This document shows positions 20,770-29,196 of a stretch of DNA of 64,000 nucleotides, one piece after another. The notes under the pieces were generated by a model. It searched no databases. It was not told where the DNA came from and worked only from the letters and a program-made list of their open reading frames with translations. The stretch is from Verrucomicrobiaceae bacterium (GTDB lineage Bacteria > Verrucomicrobiota > Verrucomicrobiia > Verrucomicrobiales > Akkermansiaceae): positions 224,001-288,000 of the forward strand of contig JBPOGH010000003.1 of NCBI GenBank assembly GCA_051252135.1. Direction: 5' to 3'. Each line of letters starts with the position of its first letter. Within the stretch, counting starts at the first letter, position 1. Position numbers and translations under genes: made by a program.

Positions 20770-20955
20770 TGGTCTATCCTTTCTGTGGTTTGAAAATCGA
20801 GTAGACGATTTGCCTGCTCCCCTCCCGAGAGCGAGGTGGCCATACAATGCAATGGGGATTTGAGCCAACAGAAATCTTTTTCAAATTGGTTAAGCTTCTC
20901 TGGCGGCGGCGGAGGAAGTGGCATGGGCGTTCGCGGGATCCGGAGGGGTTCGGGC

Positions 20956-21000
20956 AAAAAAAATCCCAGCCCCTCCGGGGGATGGGGATGGGATTTTTTT
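20956..21000 (-). terminator. Rho-independent terminator of the UPF0261-lsrF operon (bidirectional form)
   Basis: A-run, ATCCC.CCC..CCCCT stem and T-run, 16 nt after the SDR stop. Confidence 0.75.
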
Positions 21001-21016
21001 GAGAGATCGAGCGGGA

Positions 21017-21784
21017 TCAGATCACGCGGTCGTTTCCGCCGTCGATGGGGATTTGGGCGCCGGTGGTGGCGCTGAAGACGGGGCCGGCGACGGTGGAGAC
21101 CATGGCGGCGACGCCGGGGGAGGTGATCTCGGTGCTGAGGAGGTTTTTGGTTTTGTATTCCTCGACGGTCATGCCGTAGCGCTTGGCCGATTTTTCCAAG
21201 GCTTCCTGAGACCAAATTTCGGTATCGAAGACGGCATCGGGATGGATGATGTTGACGCGGACACCAAAGGGCGCGAGCTCGAGGGCGGCGACGCGGGCGA
21301 GCTGGGTGACACCGGCCTTGGTGACGGAGTAGGCTGAGGCACCTGGCCCCGGGGCGGCAAAGTTGCGGGAGCCGATGATGATGATGCTGGCCGAGAGCTT
21401 GCTCTCCTTAAGGTAGGGAATGGAGAACTTGAGGAAGCGTTGGGTGGCGGTGAGGTTGATCTTGAGGTGGAGGTCCCAGGAATCCTCGGGGGCGTCGATG
21501 TATTCGCCGGATTTGAAGATGCCGGCGTTGGCGACGATGAGGTCGAGGCTGCCGTATTTGGCGGCGGTGTCATCGATGATTTTTTTCATGGCAGCGTCAT
21601 CGGTGATGTCACAGACGATGCCGGTGAGGCGCTCGCCGGTGAGATTGGTGACGACGGAGGGGTTGATGTCGAGACCGACGACGGTGGCTCCGTCGTTACG
21701 GAGGCGTTCGGCAGTGGCTTTGCCGATTCCACCGCAGGCTCCGGTGACGATGGCGACTTTATTGGCGTGGATTTGTTCGGACAT
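21017..21784 (-). CDS. SDR oxidoreductase resembling the SDR half of bifunctional class II aldolase/SDR proteins
   Basis: TGACGGIG, NAG, YxxxK (YSVTK), HPDAVFDT, EEYKTKNLL, TTGAQIPIDGGNDRVI. Confidence 0.88.
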   Translation of the reverse strand: MSEQIHANKVAIVTGACGGIGKATAERLRNDGATVVGLDINPSVVTNLTGERLTGIVCDITDDAAMKKIIDDTAAKYGSLDLIVANAGIFKSGEYIDAPEDSWDLHLKINLTATQRFLKFSIPYLKESKLSASIIIIGSRNFAAPGPGASAYSVTKAGVTQLARVAALELAPFGVRVNIIHPDAVFDTEIWSQEALEKSAKRYGMTVEEYKTKNLLSTEITSPGVAAMVSTVAGPVFSATTGAQIPIDGGNDRVI

Positions 21785-21831
21785 AGCAGAAGTGTTCAGT
21801 TTTAAGTTTGGAGGGCTGGGTTGAGGGGGCT

Positions 21832-22509
21832 TTAGGAGGAGATGGCGTTGTTGAAGAAGGCGAGGTTTTCGACGGGGTCTTCGTTGTTGAAGATGGCGGA
21901 TCCGGAGACGACGAAGTGGGGTTTCATGGAGGCGATCTGCGGGATGGTGTCTTTGTTGACGCCGCCATCGATGCAGATGAGGAGCTCGGGTTTCCAGGAG
22001 AGGAGGGTTTCGATTTTTGCGGGGATGTCGTCGAGGAAGGTTTCCTTACCGGAGTAGGGGCCGACGCCGAGGAGGAGGACGTAGTCGATTTGATCGAGGT
22101 ATTTTTTGATGAAGCTGGCGGAGGTGCCGGGGTTGATGGAGACGCCGCGGACGATGTCTTCGTGACTGGAAATGCGTGAGAGGGTGTCGTCGATGTGAGC
22201 GGTGTATTCGACGGAGAAGGAAATGAGGTCGGCACCGGCCTTGGCGAAGGCGTCGATGTGCTGCTTCGGCTTGTTGATGAGGAGGTGGACGTCCTTGAGG
22301 AGGTCGGTTTTGAGGCCGGCGACGAAGGGAGACCCGACGGTGATGTTGGGCCAGATGTTGCCGTCCATGACATCGAAGTGGAGGAGGTTGACGTTATTTT
22401 CCTGAAGAATTTGGAGGGCGGCGTTTTGGTTACCCATGTCGTAGCTGAGGGTGGCGACGGAGAGTTGGGGACGGCTGCGGATGAGGTCGATTTTTTCGGC
22501 GCGGGTCAT
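21832..22509 (-). CDS. Ribulose-phosphate 3-epimerase family protein, LsrE-like
   Basis: Start at MTRAEKIDL; LHFDVMDG, KDVHL, IDGG, VVSGSAIF; canonical PGFGGQ loop replaced by PYSGKE; directly follows lsrF. Confidence 0.8.
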   Translation of the reverse strand: MTRAEKIDLIRSRPQLSVATLSYDMGNQNAALQILQENNVNLLHFDVMDGNIWPNITVGSPFVAGLKTDLLKDVHLLINKPKQHIDAFAKAGADLISFSVEYTAHIDDTLSRISSHEDIVRGVSINPGTSASFIKKYLDQIDYVLLLGVGPYSGKETFLDDIPAKIETLLSWKPELLICIDGGVNKDTIPQIASMKPHFVVSGSAIFNNEDPVENLAFFNNAISS

Positions 22510-22559
22510 GGGGAGAGGAGTTTGAAGTTGGAAGTGTTCAGTTGGAAGTTGGAAAATTG

Positions 22560-22586
22560 AAAACCCCAGGCTTTCGCCTGGGGTTT
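22560..22586 (-). terminator. Internal terminator-like hairpin between lsrF and the epimerase gene
   Basis: AAAACCCCAGG-CTTTCG-CCTGGGGTTT. Confidence 0.6.
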
Positions 22587-22622
22587 GAAAGTTGGCTTGG
22601 CGCTTGGAAAACGCCGCCACGC

Positions 22623-23489
22623 CTAGCCGGCGTTGTAGATTTCGATGGCCTCGGAGGGCTTGGCGCCGTTGTGGACGACTTCCTTGACGGCACGCATCAT
22701 GGCGAGAGGCTTGTCGGACTGGAAGACGTTGCGGCCCATGTCGACTCCGGAAGCACCGCACTGGATGGCGTTGTAGCAGAGTTCGAGTGCCTCGAGCTCA
22801 GGGAGCTTCTTGCCACCGGCGATGACGACGGGGACGGGGCAGGCGGCGACGACGTTTTCGAAGCCTTCGGTGTAGTAGGTCTTGACGATGGATGCGCCGT
22901 TCTCAGCACAGACGCGGGAAGCGAGGCCGAAGTAGCGGGAGTCGCGAGCCATGTCTTTACCGACAGCGGTGACACCCATGACGGGGATGCTGTACTTGTT
23001 GCCGATGTCGACGAGGCGACTGAAGTTGGCAATGGTGGAAGCCTCGGTGTCGGCATCGCCGATGGCGAGCATGGCTGCCATGGCGGAAACGTTCATGCCG
23101 ATGGCGTCGATCTCGGAGATGAGCACGTTGTGGTTCATCTCGGTGAGGATGGTGGTGCCGGAATCGGTGCGGAGACAGATGGGCTTGGTGTTTTCCGCAG
23201 GGATGGAGGTGCGGATCATGCCGCGGCAACCCATGAGGCAGTCGGCTTCTTCGGCAAGCGGGGCGATGTTGAGGTCGATGCGCTCAAGACCGGAAGTGGG
23301 TCCCATGAGGAAGCCGTGGTCGAAAGCCAGCATGACGGTGCGTCCGGACTTGCGGTTGAAGATGCGGGACATGCGGTTCTTAATTCCCCAGGAGGCGCTG
23401 TTCATGCCCTTGAGGTAGAAAGAAGAGGTGTCGGCGGGAGTGTTGAGACCGAAGTTGTCTCCGTCTCTGATGTCGTCTAAGTCAGCCAT
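22623..23489 (-). CDS. lsrF: 3-hydroxy-5-phosphonooxypentane-2,4-dione thiolase LsrF (class I aldolase fold)
   Basis: MADLDDI, WGIKNRMSRIF, MLAFDHG, GPTSGLERID, VKTYY, VIAGGKK, GVDMGRNVFQ. Confidence 0.9.
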   Translation of the reverse strand: MADLDDIRDGDNFGLNTPADTSSFYLKGMNSASWGIKNRMSRIFNRKSGRTVMLAFDHGFLMGPTSGLERIDLNIAPLAEEADCLMGCRGMIRTSIPAENTKPICLRTDSGTTILTEMNHNVLISEIDAIGMNVSAMAAMLAIGDADTEASTIANFSRLVDIGNKYSIPVMGVTAVGKDMARDSRYFGLASRVCAENGASIVKTYYTEGFENVVAACPVPVVIAGGKKLPELEALELCYNAIQCGASGVDMGRNVFQSDKPLAMMRAVKEVVHNGAKPSEAIEIYNAG

Positions 23490-23531
23490 GGTAGTAGTAG
23501 GTTGGTAGGTTGGGTTGTTTTTAAGAAATGA

Positions 23532-24749
23532 TTAGTTCTCGAGTTTGTCGATGAGGTAGTTGACGGCGCGTTCGACGAAGGCGGGGTCCTGGGCGTTGTT
23601 GTCCATGGATTCGACTTCGATGGTGTCGGGAAGTTCCTTTTGGAGGGACTCCCAGTATGCAGCGTCGAGCTCGGGGTTGTAAAGTTCGCCACCCTCGGCG
23701 GAGTAGCTGGAAACGCCCTTGAGGGGCATGAGGAAAAGGGTGTCCTTGGTGGAGTGTGAGAGTTTTTCGCCGATGGCTTTGGCGACGCGGGCTTGTTCTT
23801 CGGCGTTGAGGCGGGGAACGAAGACGTAGGGCGAGTGCCAGGTGATTTGGTGGTCGGTCCAGCCATCGGGGATGACGCTGGGCTTGCTGACGAGGATGCC
23901 GAGGTGCTCGGAACCTCCGGGGACGATGACCTGGGGAAGGCCGAGTTTTCCGGCGACGGTGAGTCGCTCGGGTCCGCCTGCGCGGAGGACGCCCCAGACG
24001 CCGTCGGCGATTTCGCCCAGGCCGTAGTCGAAGACCGCGTTGATGATGCCTTCTTTCATCATTTGCTCCATGGCGTCACCACCGGCGCCGATGGCGTGGA
24101 AGGTGATGACCTCGTAGCCGGCCTTTTCAAAGAGATCGATGGCGTGCATCGCGCCTTTGGTGAGGACGCCGAGATTGGACATGCCGATGACGCCCTTGGC
24201 GGTGGACTTGGTGATGCACTGCTCGGATTGGGCCATGCCCCAGGCGGCGGCGGCGGCATTGGCGAGGATTTTGCGGGAGAAGACGTTGAGGCCGAGGATA
24301 TCGGAGACGGCGAACATCATGGTGATGTCCTTGATGCCAACGAAGGGTGAGGTGTCGCCGGAGGCGGCGGTGGAGAGCATGACCTTCGGGAAGCCATACG
24401 GAAGAGCCTGCAGGATGGGAGCGCAGGTGGAAGTGCCCTGGGTGCCCCCGAGAGTGACGACGGCGTCGATTTTTCCAGCTTGCTGGAGTTCAAGGAGGAG
24501 CTTGGTGGCTCCGGCAACGATGAAGGGGTTGGATTGCTCGCGGCTGGGTTTGACGAGGAGTTCGTCGAGATTGCCTCCGCCTGCGGAGATGACTTCCTGT
24601 TTTGAGATGTCGGCCTTGAGTTCGGAATCGCCCACGAGGGAGAGGTCAACGAGGAGTGCCTTGCCGCCGAGGGACTCGATCTCGGTGCGCATGAAGTCGG
24701 CCTCGGCCGCTTTGGTGTCGAGGGTAGCGAGAATGGCAACGGTTTTCAT
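23532..24749 (-). CDS. Tm-1-like ATP-binding domain protein (UPF0261)
   Basis: ATLDTK..E, GGTQGT, LPYGFPKVM, DILGLN, FHAIGAGG, PLKGVS. Confidence 0.88.
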   Translation of the reverse strand: MKTVAILATLDTKAAEADFMRTEIESLGGKALLVDLSLVGDSELKADISKQEVISAGGGNLDELLVKPSREQSNPFIVAGATKLLLELQQAGKIDAVVTLGGTQGTSTCAPILQALPYGFPKVMLSTAASGDTSPFVGIKDITMMFAVSDILGLNVFSRKILANAAAAAWGMAQSEQCITKSTAKGVIGMSNLGVLTKGAMHAIDLFEKAGYEVITFHAIGAGGDAMEQMMKEGIINAVFDYGLGEIADGVWGVLRAGGPERLTVAGKLGLPQVIVPGGSEHLGILVSKPSVIPDGWTDHQITWHSPYVFVPRLNAEEQARVAKAIGEKLSHSTKDTLFLMPLKGVSSYSAEGGELYNPELDAAYWESLQKELPDTIEVESMDNNAQDPAFVERAVNYLIDKLEN

Positions 24750-24777
24750 GGGGAGAAGGAATACATCAAGATGAGGC

Positions 24778-24820
24778 AATCGTCTTGAAGAAAAGAGGGT
24801 GTTTTTTGAATAAAATCGTC
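24778..24820 (-). promoter_or_regulatory. Candidate AraC-type operator upstream of the UPF0261 operon
   Basis: AATCGTC repeated at 24778 and 24814; TTGAA at 24785 and 24806 (21-bp period); AT-rich; AraC gene about 0.7 kb away. Confidence 0.4.
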
Positions 24821-24911
24821 AAATGGGGCCATTTTGGGCGCTCTTTGGGATTGTTAGATGCCGGAGATCCCCCTTGACCGCCAATCGGCAGGACCATAGT
24901 CAGGATGTGTT

Positions 24912-25424
24912 ATGAAACTACTGAACGCACTTGCAGTTGCCCTCATTATCCCCTTCACCATCGTTTCCTGTAAGAAGGGGGCTGAGGAAGCTGACAAGGG
25001 AGCCGAGACCGATTCCGCCCCGAAAGCGGACACCCATGAAGCCATCACCGAGGAATACTTTGGCTACATGGAAGACGCGATGAACTCCATGGGCACCATC
25101 CGCGACAAAGCATCGGCCGAAAAATTCATTGCTGATGCCCAGGCCCTGCAACCAAAACTGGAAGCGATCCAGACTCGTGCAGAAGCGCTTCCCGCACCGA
25201 CCGAGGAGCAGAAGGCGGCCATTCAAGCGACCCACAAAGAGATCGAGGCTCGAATTGCGACCAAGCAGGAGGAAGCCGGTAAGGCGATGCAGACCAATCC
25301 CCCTTCACCTGAAGACATGGCCGCAATGGGAGCGCTCCTCCAGGAGTTCATGGGTGGCGAATTTGGCACCAAGATGGAAGAAATCACCAACAGCGTGGAC
25401 GCCGTTTACGGTCTGAAGAACTAA
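24912..25424 (+). CDS. Hypothetical helical lipoprotein
   Basis: Lipobox IVSC followed by KK; all-helical body; followed by a terminator. Confidence 0.75.
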   Translation: MKLLNALAVALIIPFTIVSCKKGAEEADKGAETDSAPKADTHEAITEEYFGYMEDAMNSMGTIRDKASAEKFIADAQALQPKLEAIQTRAEALPAPTEEQKAAIQATHKEIEARIATKQEEAGKAMQTNPPSPEDMAAMGALLQEFMGGEFGTKMEEITNSVDAVYGLKN

Positions 25425-25451
25425 GTCAACCGGCTTGAGCCGACACATTTT

Positions 25452-25486
25452 AAAACCATCGCGGGATTCTCCTGCGGTGGTTTTTT
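25452..25486. terminator. Bidirectional terminator between convergent genes
   Basis: AAAACCATCGCGGG-ATTCT-CCTGCGGTGGTTTTTT. Confidence 0.75.
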
Positions 25487-25491
25487 GATGA

Positions 25492-26223
25492 TTAGATCCG
25501 GTAGCGGGAGCGATAGGCCGAGGGAGGTTCCTTGAGGATACGGGAGAACTCGCGGGAGAAGTGGGCCTGATCGGCAAAGCCGCAGTGGTGGCTGATTTGG
25601 GCAAAGGTCTGGGTGGTGCGGACGATGAGGTGGCAGGCTTCCTGAACGCGAAGGTGACGGAGGTATTCCTTGGGCGTCATGTTGAAGGTTGCTTTGAATT
25701 TGCGCAGGAAACTGCTGAGGGAAAGGTTGGCGGCTTTCGCCAGCTCGGTGATGGCGATGTTCTCCCGGTAGTGTTGGTGGAGGAGCTTGAGAGAGGGCCC
25801 GAGTTCTTCGTTTTTTCTGAGGGAGGTGGTGCCCTGATCAAAGGGCCGGGTGATGCCGATGATGCCGCACACCTCCCCTTCCCTGTTGATCAGGGGTTTC
25901 TTGGTGGTGGTGGACCAGTCGACAAACCCGCTTCCACGCGGGACGAGCTCGACCCGGTTGATGACGGGCTCACCGGTTTCGAGGATGCGGAGGTCGTCCT
26001 GCCGGATGTGCTCCAGAATGTGGTCCGGGATGTAGTCATCATCCTTCTTTCCCAGGATTTCCTGGGTCGATGACGCCTCGAAGATGTCACAAAGTCTCTG
26101 ATTGTAAGCGACGTAGCGGAGGTCGCGATCTTTTACGAAGTAGATGAAGCCGGGAAGATCGTCGAAGATGGAGGCAAGGTGGTTCTCGACGTGGTTCTTT
26201 TGAAAGAATCGGTCATCCTGCAC
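25492..26223 (-). CDS. AraC-family transcriptional regulator with N-terminal PAS domain
   Basis: PAS-like FVKDRD..ILGKKDDD..TTKKPL..GEVCGIIG; AraC double HTH with CGFADQAHFSREF. Confidence 0.92.
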   Translation of the reverse strand: MQDDRFFQKNHVENHLASIFDDLPGFIYFVKDRDLRYVAYNQRLCDIFEASSTQEILGKKDDDYIPDHILEHIRQDDLRILETGEPVINRVELVPRGSGFVDWSTTTKKPLINREGEVCGIIGITRPFDQGTTSLRKNEELGPSLKLLHQHYRENIAITELAKAANLSLSSFLRKFKATFNMTPKEYLRHLRVQEACHLIVRTTQTFAQISHHCGFADQAHFSREFSRILKEPPSAYRSRYRI

Positions 26224-26279
26224 TCCGGAATAGTGAGGGGAGAATGGGCAGGAGTGAACCTTAAATTAGAGAGGCTCTT

Positions 26280-27689
26280 TTAACGCGGGGTGAGGTCCTG
26301 AAGGGAGGTGGTGAACTTGAGATGCCCGGGGCTGGTCCCCTTTTCGGTCACGCAACGGTAGGTGCAGGTGGGGTTTGCGGAGGTGAAGTCGAAATCGAGG
26401 AGGCCAAAGAAGTTGCCCTTGTTGTAGGAGAATAGGGCGTGGGGGTTGGCATCGTGGGTGTGGATGTTGGTGACTTTGGCGGTCTCGAACTCGTAGAGGG
26501 GGTAGCCGACATCGAAGCCGAGCTTGAACATCTCGTGGCGGTGGCGATCGCCGGAGAGGAGGAAGACGCCGCCGATTTTTTTGTCGCGGATGAGGGAGAA
26601 GATTTCATCACGCTCTTTGGCGTAGCCTTGCCAGGAGTCCCTTCCCCCCTTGTCGGCGTGCTCGGTCCAGAGGGTGCCGGAGCAGAGGACTTTGAATTTG
26701 GACTTCGAGTTGGCGAGGGTTTCCTTGAGCCACGTCTTTTGAAAATCTCCGAGCATGGACCCGCCCTTGCGATGACGGTAGTAGCGGCCATCGGTCATGA
26801 TAAAGTGGACGTCGCCAAAGACGAAATCGAAGAAAGTTCCGGGGTGTTTTTCACCACCGGCGTAGGGTGGGTTGTTCCAGTTCTGCGCGTAGACCTGGAA
26901 GTTCCTGAGCTTCCAGTCGGGCTTGAAGGTTTTGGGGCCGCCTTCATCGTCATCGGCAGCGAAGTCGTGGTCATCCCAAATGGAGTAAATGGGTGTGGTG
27001 GCGGTGAGGGTGCGGTAGGCGGGGTGGAATTGGCGGCGGTAGTAATGGACGCGTTGCTTCTGCTGGTCCTCGGGGAGGTCGATGTAGACGTTGTCGCCCA
27101 GAGTGAGGTAGGCGATGGGATTTTGGGCGGCGACGACCTTCCAGATGCCTTCGTTTTCCGGGACGTATCGGGAGCAGGCACCGAAGGCGACGGTGAACTT
27201 GCCGGTGAAATTTTCCTCGGGGGCGGTGCGGAAGGTGAGGTTTTCGGGAAGCGGGTTGGCGGGCCGACCGTTGATGAGGAGTTGGTAGGTGTAGCTGGTG
27301 TCGGGCTTGAGGCCGGTGATGGAAATGGTGCCGGTGAGATCGTCGGCGAAGGTGGTTTGGGCGGGGCCGAAAGTTTTGCCATCGGCGAGGAGGACGGTCA
27401 CTTCGGCGGGTAGGGCGGTGCGGAACCAGACGGAAACGGAGGTGGGGCTGAGTTGGCCCAGTGCGGGTCCGCCGAGGAGGGTGAGCTGGTGTTTTTTAAG
27501 GAGAGCGAGGTAGTCGGGGTTCTCCGAGAGGGTTTTGAGGGAGGCGTCGCGATCGGAGGAATCGTAGATTTCACCAACGAGAAGCGGCTCGAGCTCGCCG
27601 AGGATGGGAAAATCCTTGGGGGTTGGGAGGAGGGGTTTGGCGAGAGTGGAGCCGACCAGAAGGCACGTAAGAGCAGATGTCCGAAGCAT
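26280..27689 (-). CDS. Alkaline phosphatase D (PhoD)-family protein
   Basis: Start at MLRTSAL; GLKPDTSYTY FN3; GDNVYID, WDDHD, DGRYYR, SGDRH. Confidence 0.85.
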   Translation of the reverse strand: MLRTSALTCLLVGSTLAKPLLPTPKDFPILGELEPLLVGEIYDSSDRDASLKTLSENPDYLALLKKHQLTLLGGPALGQLSPTSVSVWFRTALPAEVTVLLADGKTFGPAQTTFADDLTGTISITGLKPDTSYTYQLLINGRPANPLPENLTFRTAPEENFTGKFTVAFGACSRYVPENEGIWKVVAAQNPIAYLTLGDNVYIDLPEDQQKQRVHYYRRQFHPAYRTLTATTPIYSIWDDHDFAADDDEGGPKTFKPDWKLRNFQVYAQNWNNPPYAGGEKHPGTFFDFVFGDVHFIMTDGRYYRHRKGGSMLGDFQKTWLKETLANSKSKFKVLCSGTLWTEHADKGGRDSWQGYAKERDEIFSLIRDKKIGGVFLLSGDRHRHEMFKLGFDVGYPLYEFETAKVTNIHTHDANPHALFSYNKGNFFGLLDFDFTSANPTCTYRCVTEKGTSPGHLKFTTSLQDLTPR

Positions 27690-27711
27690 GTTGTGGATTG
27701 AGGTGGAGAGC

Positions 27712-28974
27712 CTACAGCTCGTAGCACATGAGGCGGTCTTGCTCGCGGAGGTAGAGCTTGCCATCGGCGACGACGGGGTGGGCCCAGGACTCGGCTTCCT
27801 GGTGGGCGGGCATAAAGGAGCCTTTGAGCCTGTAGCCTTTGGGAGAGGCTTCGATGAGGGCGACGTGTCCGCTTTGGTAGCGGTAGATGAGGTGGCCATC
27901 GACGTAGGTGACGCAGGCGGATCCGTGTCCGGGGCCTTTTTCGGGGCCCCATTTGACCTCGCCGGTTTTCAGTTCGACGCAGATGGGGTCACCGCCGTTG
28001 TGCTTGTGGGCGCAGTAGATGTGGCCATCGACGAGGACCATGCCGCCGTGGTGGTTTTGGAGGGTTTTGGGTTTGAGGAAGTAGACTTCCTCGGCGACGG
28101 CGCCGCTGCCTTTCGGGACGAGTTTGAGAAGGGCGGACCCTGTGCCGTAGCCGGTGGAGCAGAAGACGTAGTCGCCCTCGACAATGGGAGTGGGGATGTT
28201 GGCGGTGGAGTTGGCGACGTCATTGTAGTTCCACATGAAGCGGCCGTCCTTGGCGCGGACGCCGATGACGCCGCGTCCGGTCATTTGGACGTATTGTTTC
28301 ACGCCGCCGCCATTGGAGATGACGATGGAACCGTAGCCGGCTCCGTCTTTTCCTTTCTTGCCGACGTCACCGAGTTTCGTTTTCCACTTGGTGGCTCCGG
28401 TCATTTTATCGAGGGAGACCATGAAGGCTTTGTCGGAACCGGGGGTGCAGATGACGCGGTCGCCATCGACAAGGGGAGATTCGGAAAAGCCCCAGCCGGA
28501 CATCATTTTGCCGTCCCATTCTTCTTTGAAATCCTTGGACCAGAGGACGTTGCCCTTGGTGCTGAGGCAGGCGATGACGCCGTTGGAGGTGGTGAGGTAG
28601 ATGCGGTCGCCATCGACGGTGGGAACGGAGCGGGCACCGCCGTAGCCGTGCTCGGGGACGTGATCGGTGACGGGAGTTTGCCAGAGGAGGGAGCCGTCTT
28701 TTTGGGAAAAGGCGGAAGCGCCCTGGCCACCGTCGAAATTACCGGTGGTGTAGATGACGCCATCGGCGACGGAAACGGAGGAAAAGCCGCGGCCTGCGCC
28801 CTCAACATTCCAGAGGAGCTTGGGAGGCGACTTTTCCCAGTCCTTGTTGATCCCGGTTTCAGAGGAGAGCCCGGTGCGGTCGGGACCTCGCCACTGGGGC
28901 CAGTCCTTGGCCTGAAGGAAGGTGGTGGAGCCGAAGGCCATGAGAGAAAGAGTGGCAAGGAGGGAGGAATTCAT
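27712..28974 (-). CDS. PQQ-binding-like beta-propeller protein (PVC BamB-like family)
   Basis: DWPQWRGPDRTG, GFSESPLV, WAHPVVADGKLYLR. Confidence 0.88.
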   Translation of the reverse strand: MNSSLLATLSLMAFGSTTFLQAKDWPQWRGPDRTGLSSETGINKDWEKSPPKLLWNVEGAGRGFSSVSVADGVIYTTGNFDGGQGASAFSQKDGSLLWQTPVTDHVPEHGYGGARSVPTVDGDRIYLTTSNGVIACLSTKGNVLWSKDFKEEWDGKMMSGWGFSESPLVDGDRVICTPGSDKAFMVSLDKMTGATKWKTKLGDVGKKGKDGAGYGSIVISNGGGVKQYVQMTGRGVIGVRAKDGRFMWNYNDVANSTANIPTPIVEGDYVFCSTGYGTGSALLKLVPKGSGAVAEEVYFLKPKTLQNHHGGMVLVDGHIYCAHKHNGGDPICVELKTGEVKWGPEKGPGHGSACVTYVDGHLIYRYQSGHVALIEASPKGYRLKGSFMPAHQEAESWAHPVVADGKLYLREQDRLMCYEL

Positions 28975-29196
28975 CCCTTTGATTACGTCAGGGATTCTTT
29001 GTTTCTACGATGAAAAAATAGGGAGCTCCCCTGCCCTGCTGCCTGATCCCGGAGGCCCATTTGAAAAGATGACCCAAGCCGCCCTAAAAAAATAGTCTCC
29101 TGTAAAGAAACAAGGCACAACCGGGGTTGATGACACCGTTGTCTCTCTGACGAATTACTCCGCGAGACGCCACATCTGACTCTTTCCTAAAATACC

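Noticed and set aside
21832..22761. 309-aa version of the epimerase ORF, and a call as housekeeping rpe
   Set aside because: The extension overlaps lsrF and a terminator; the motifs diverge from canonical Rpe, so no gene symbol was assigned.
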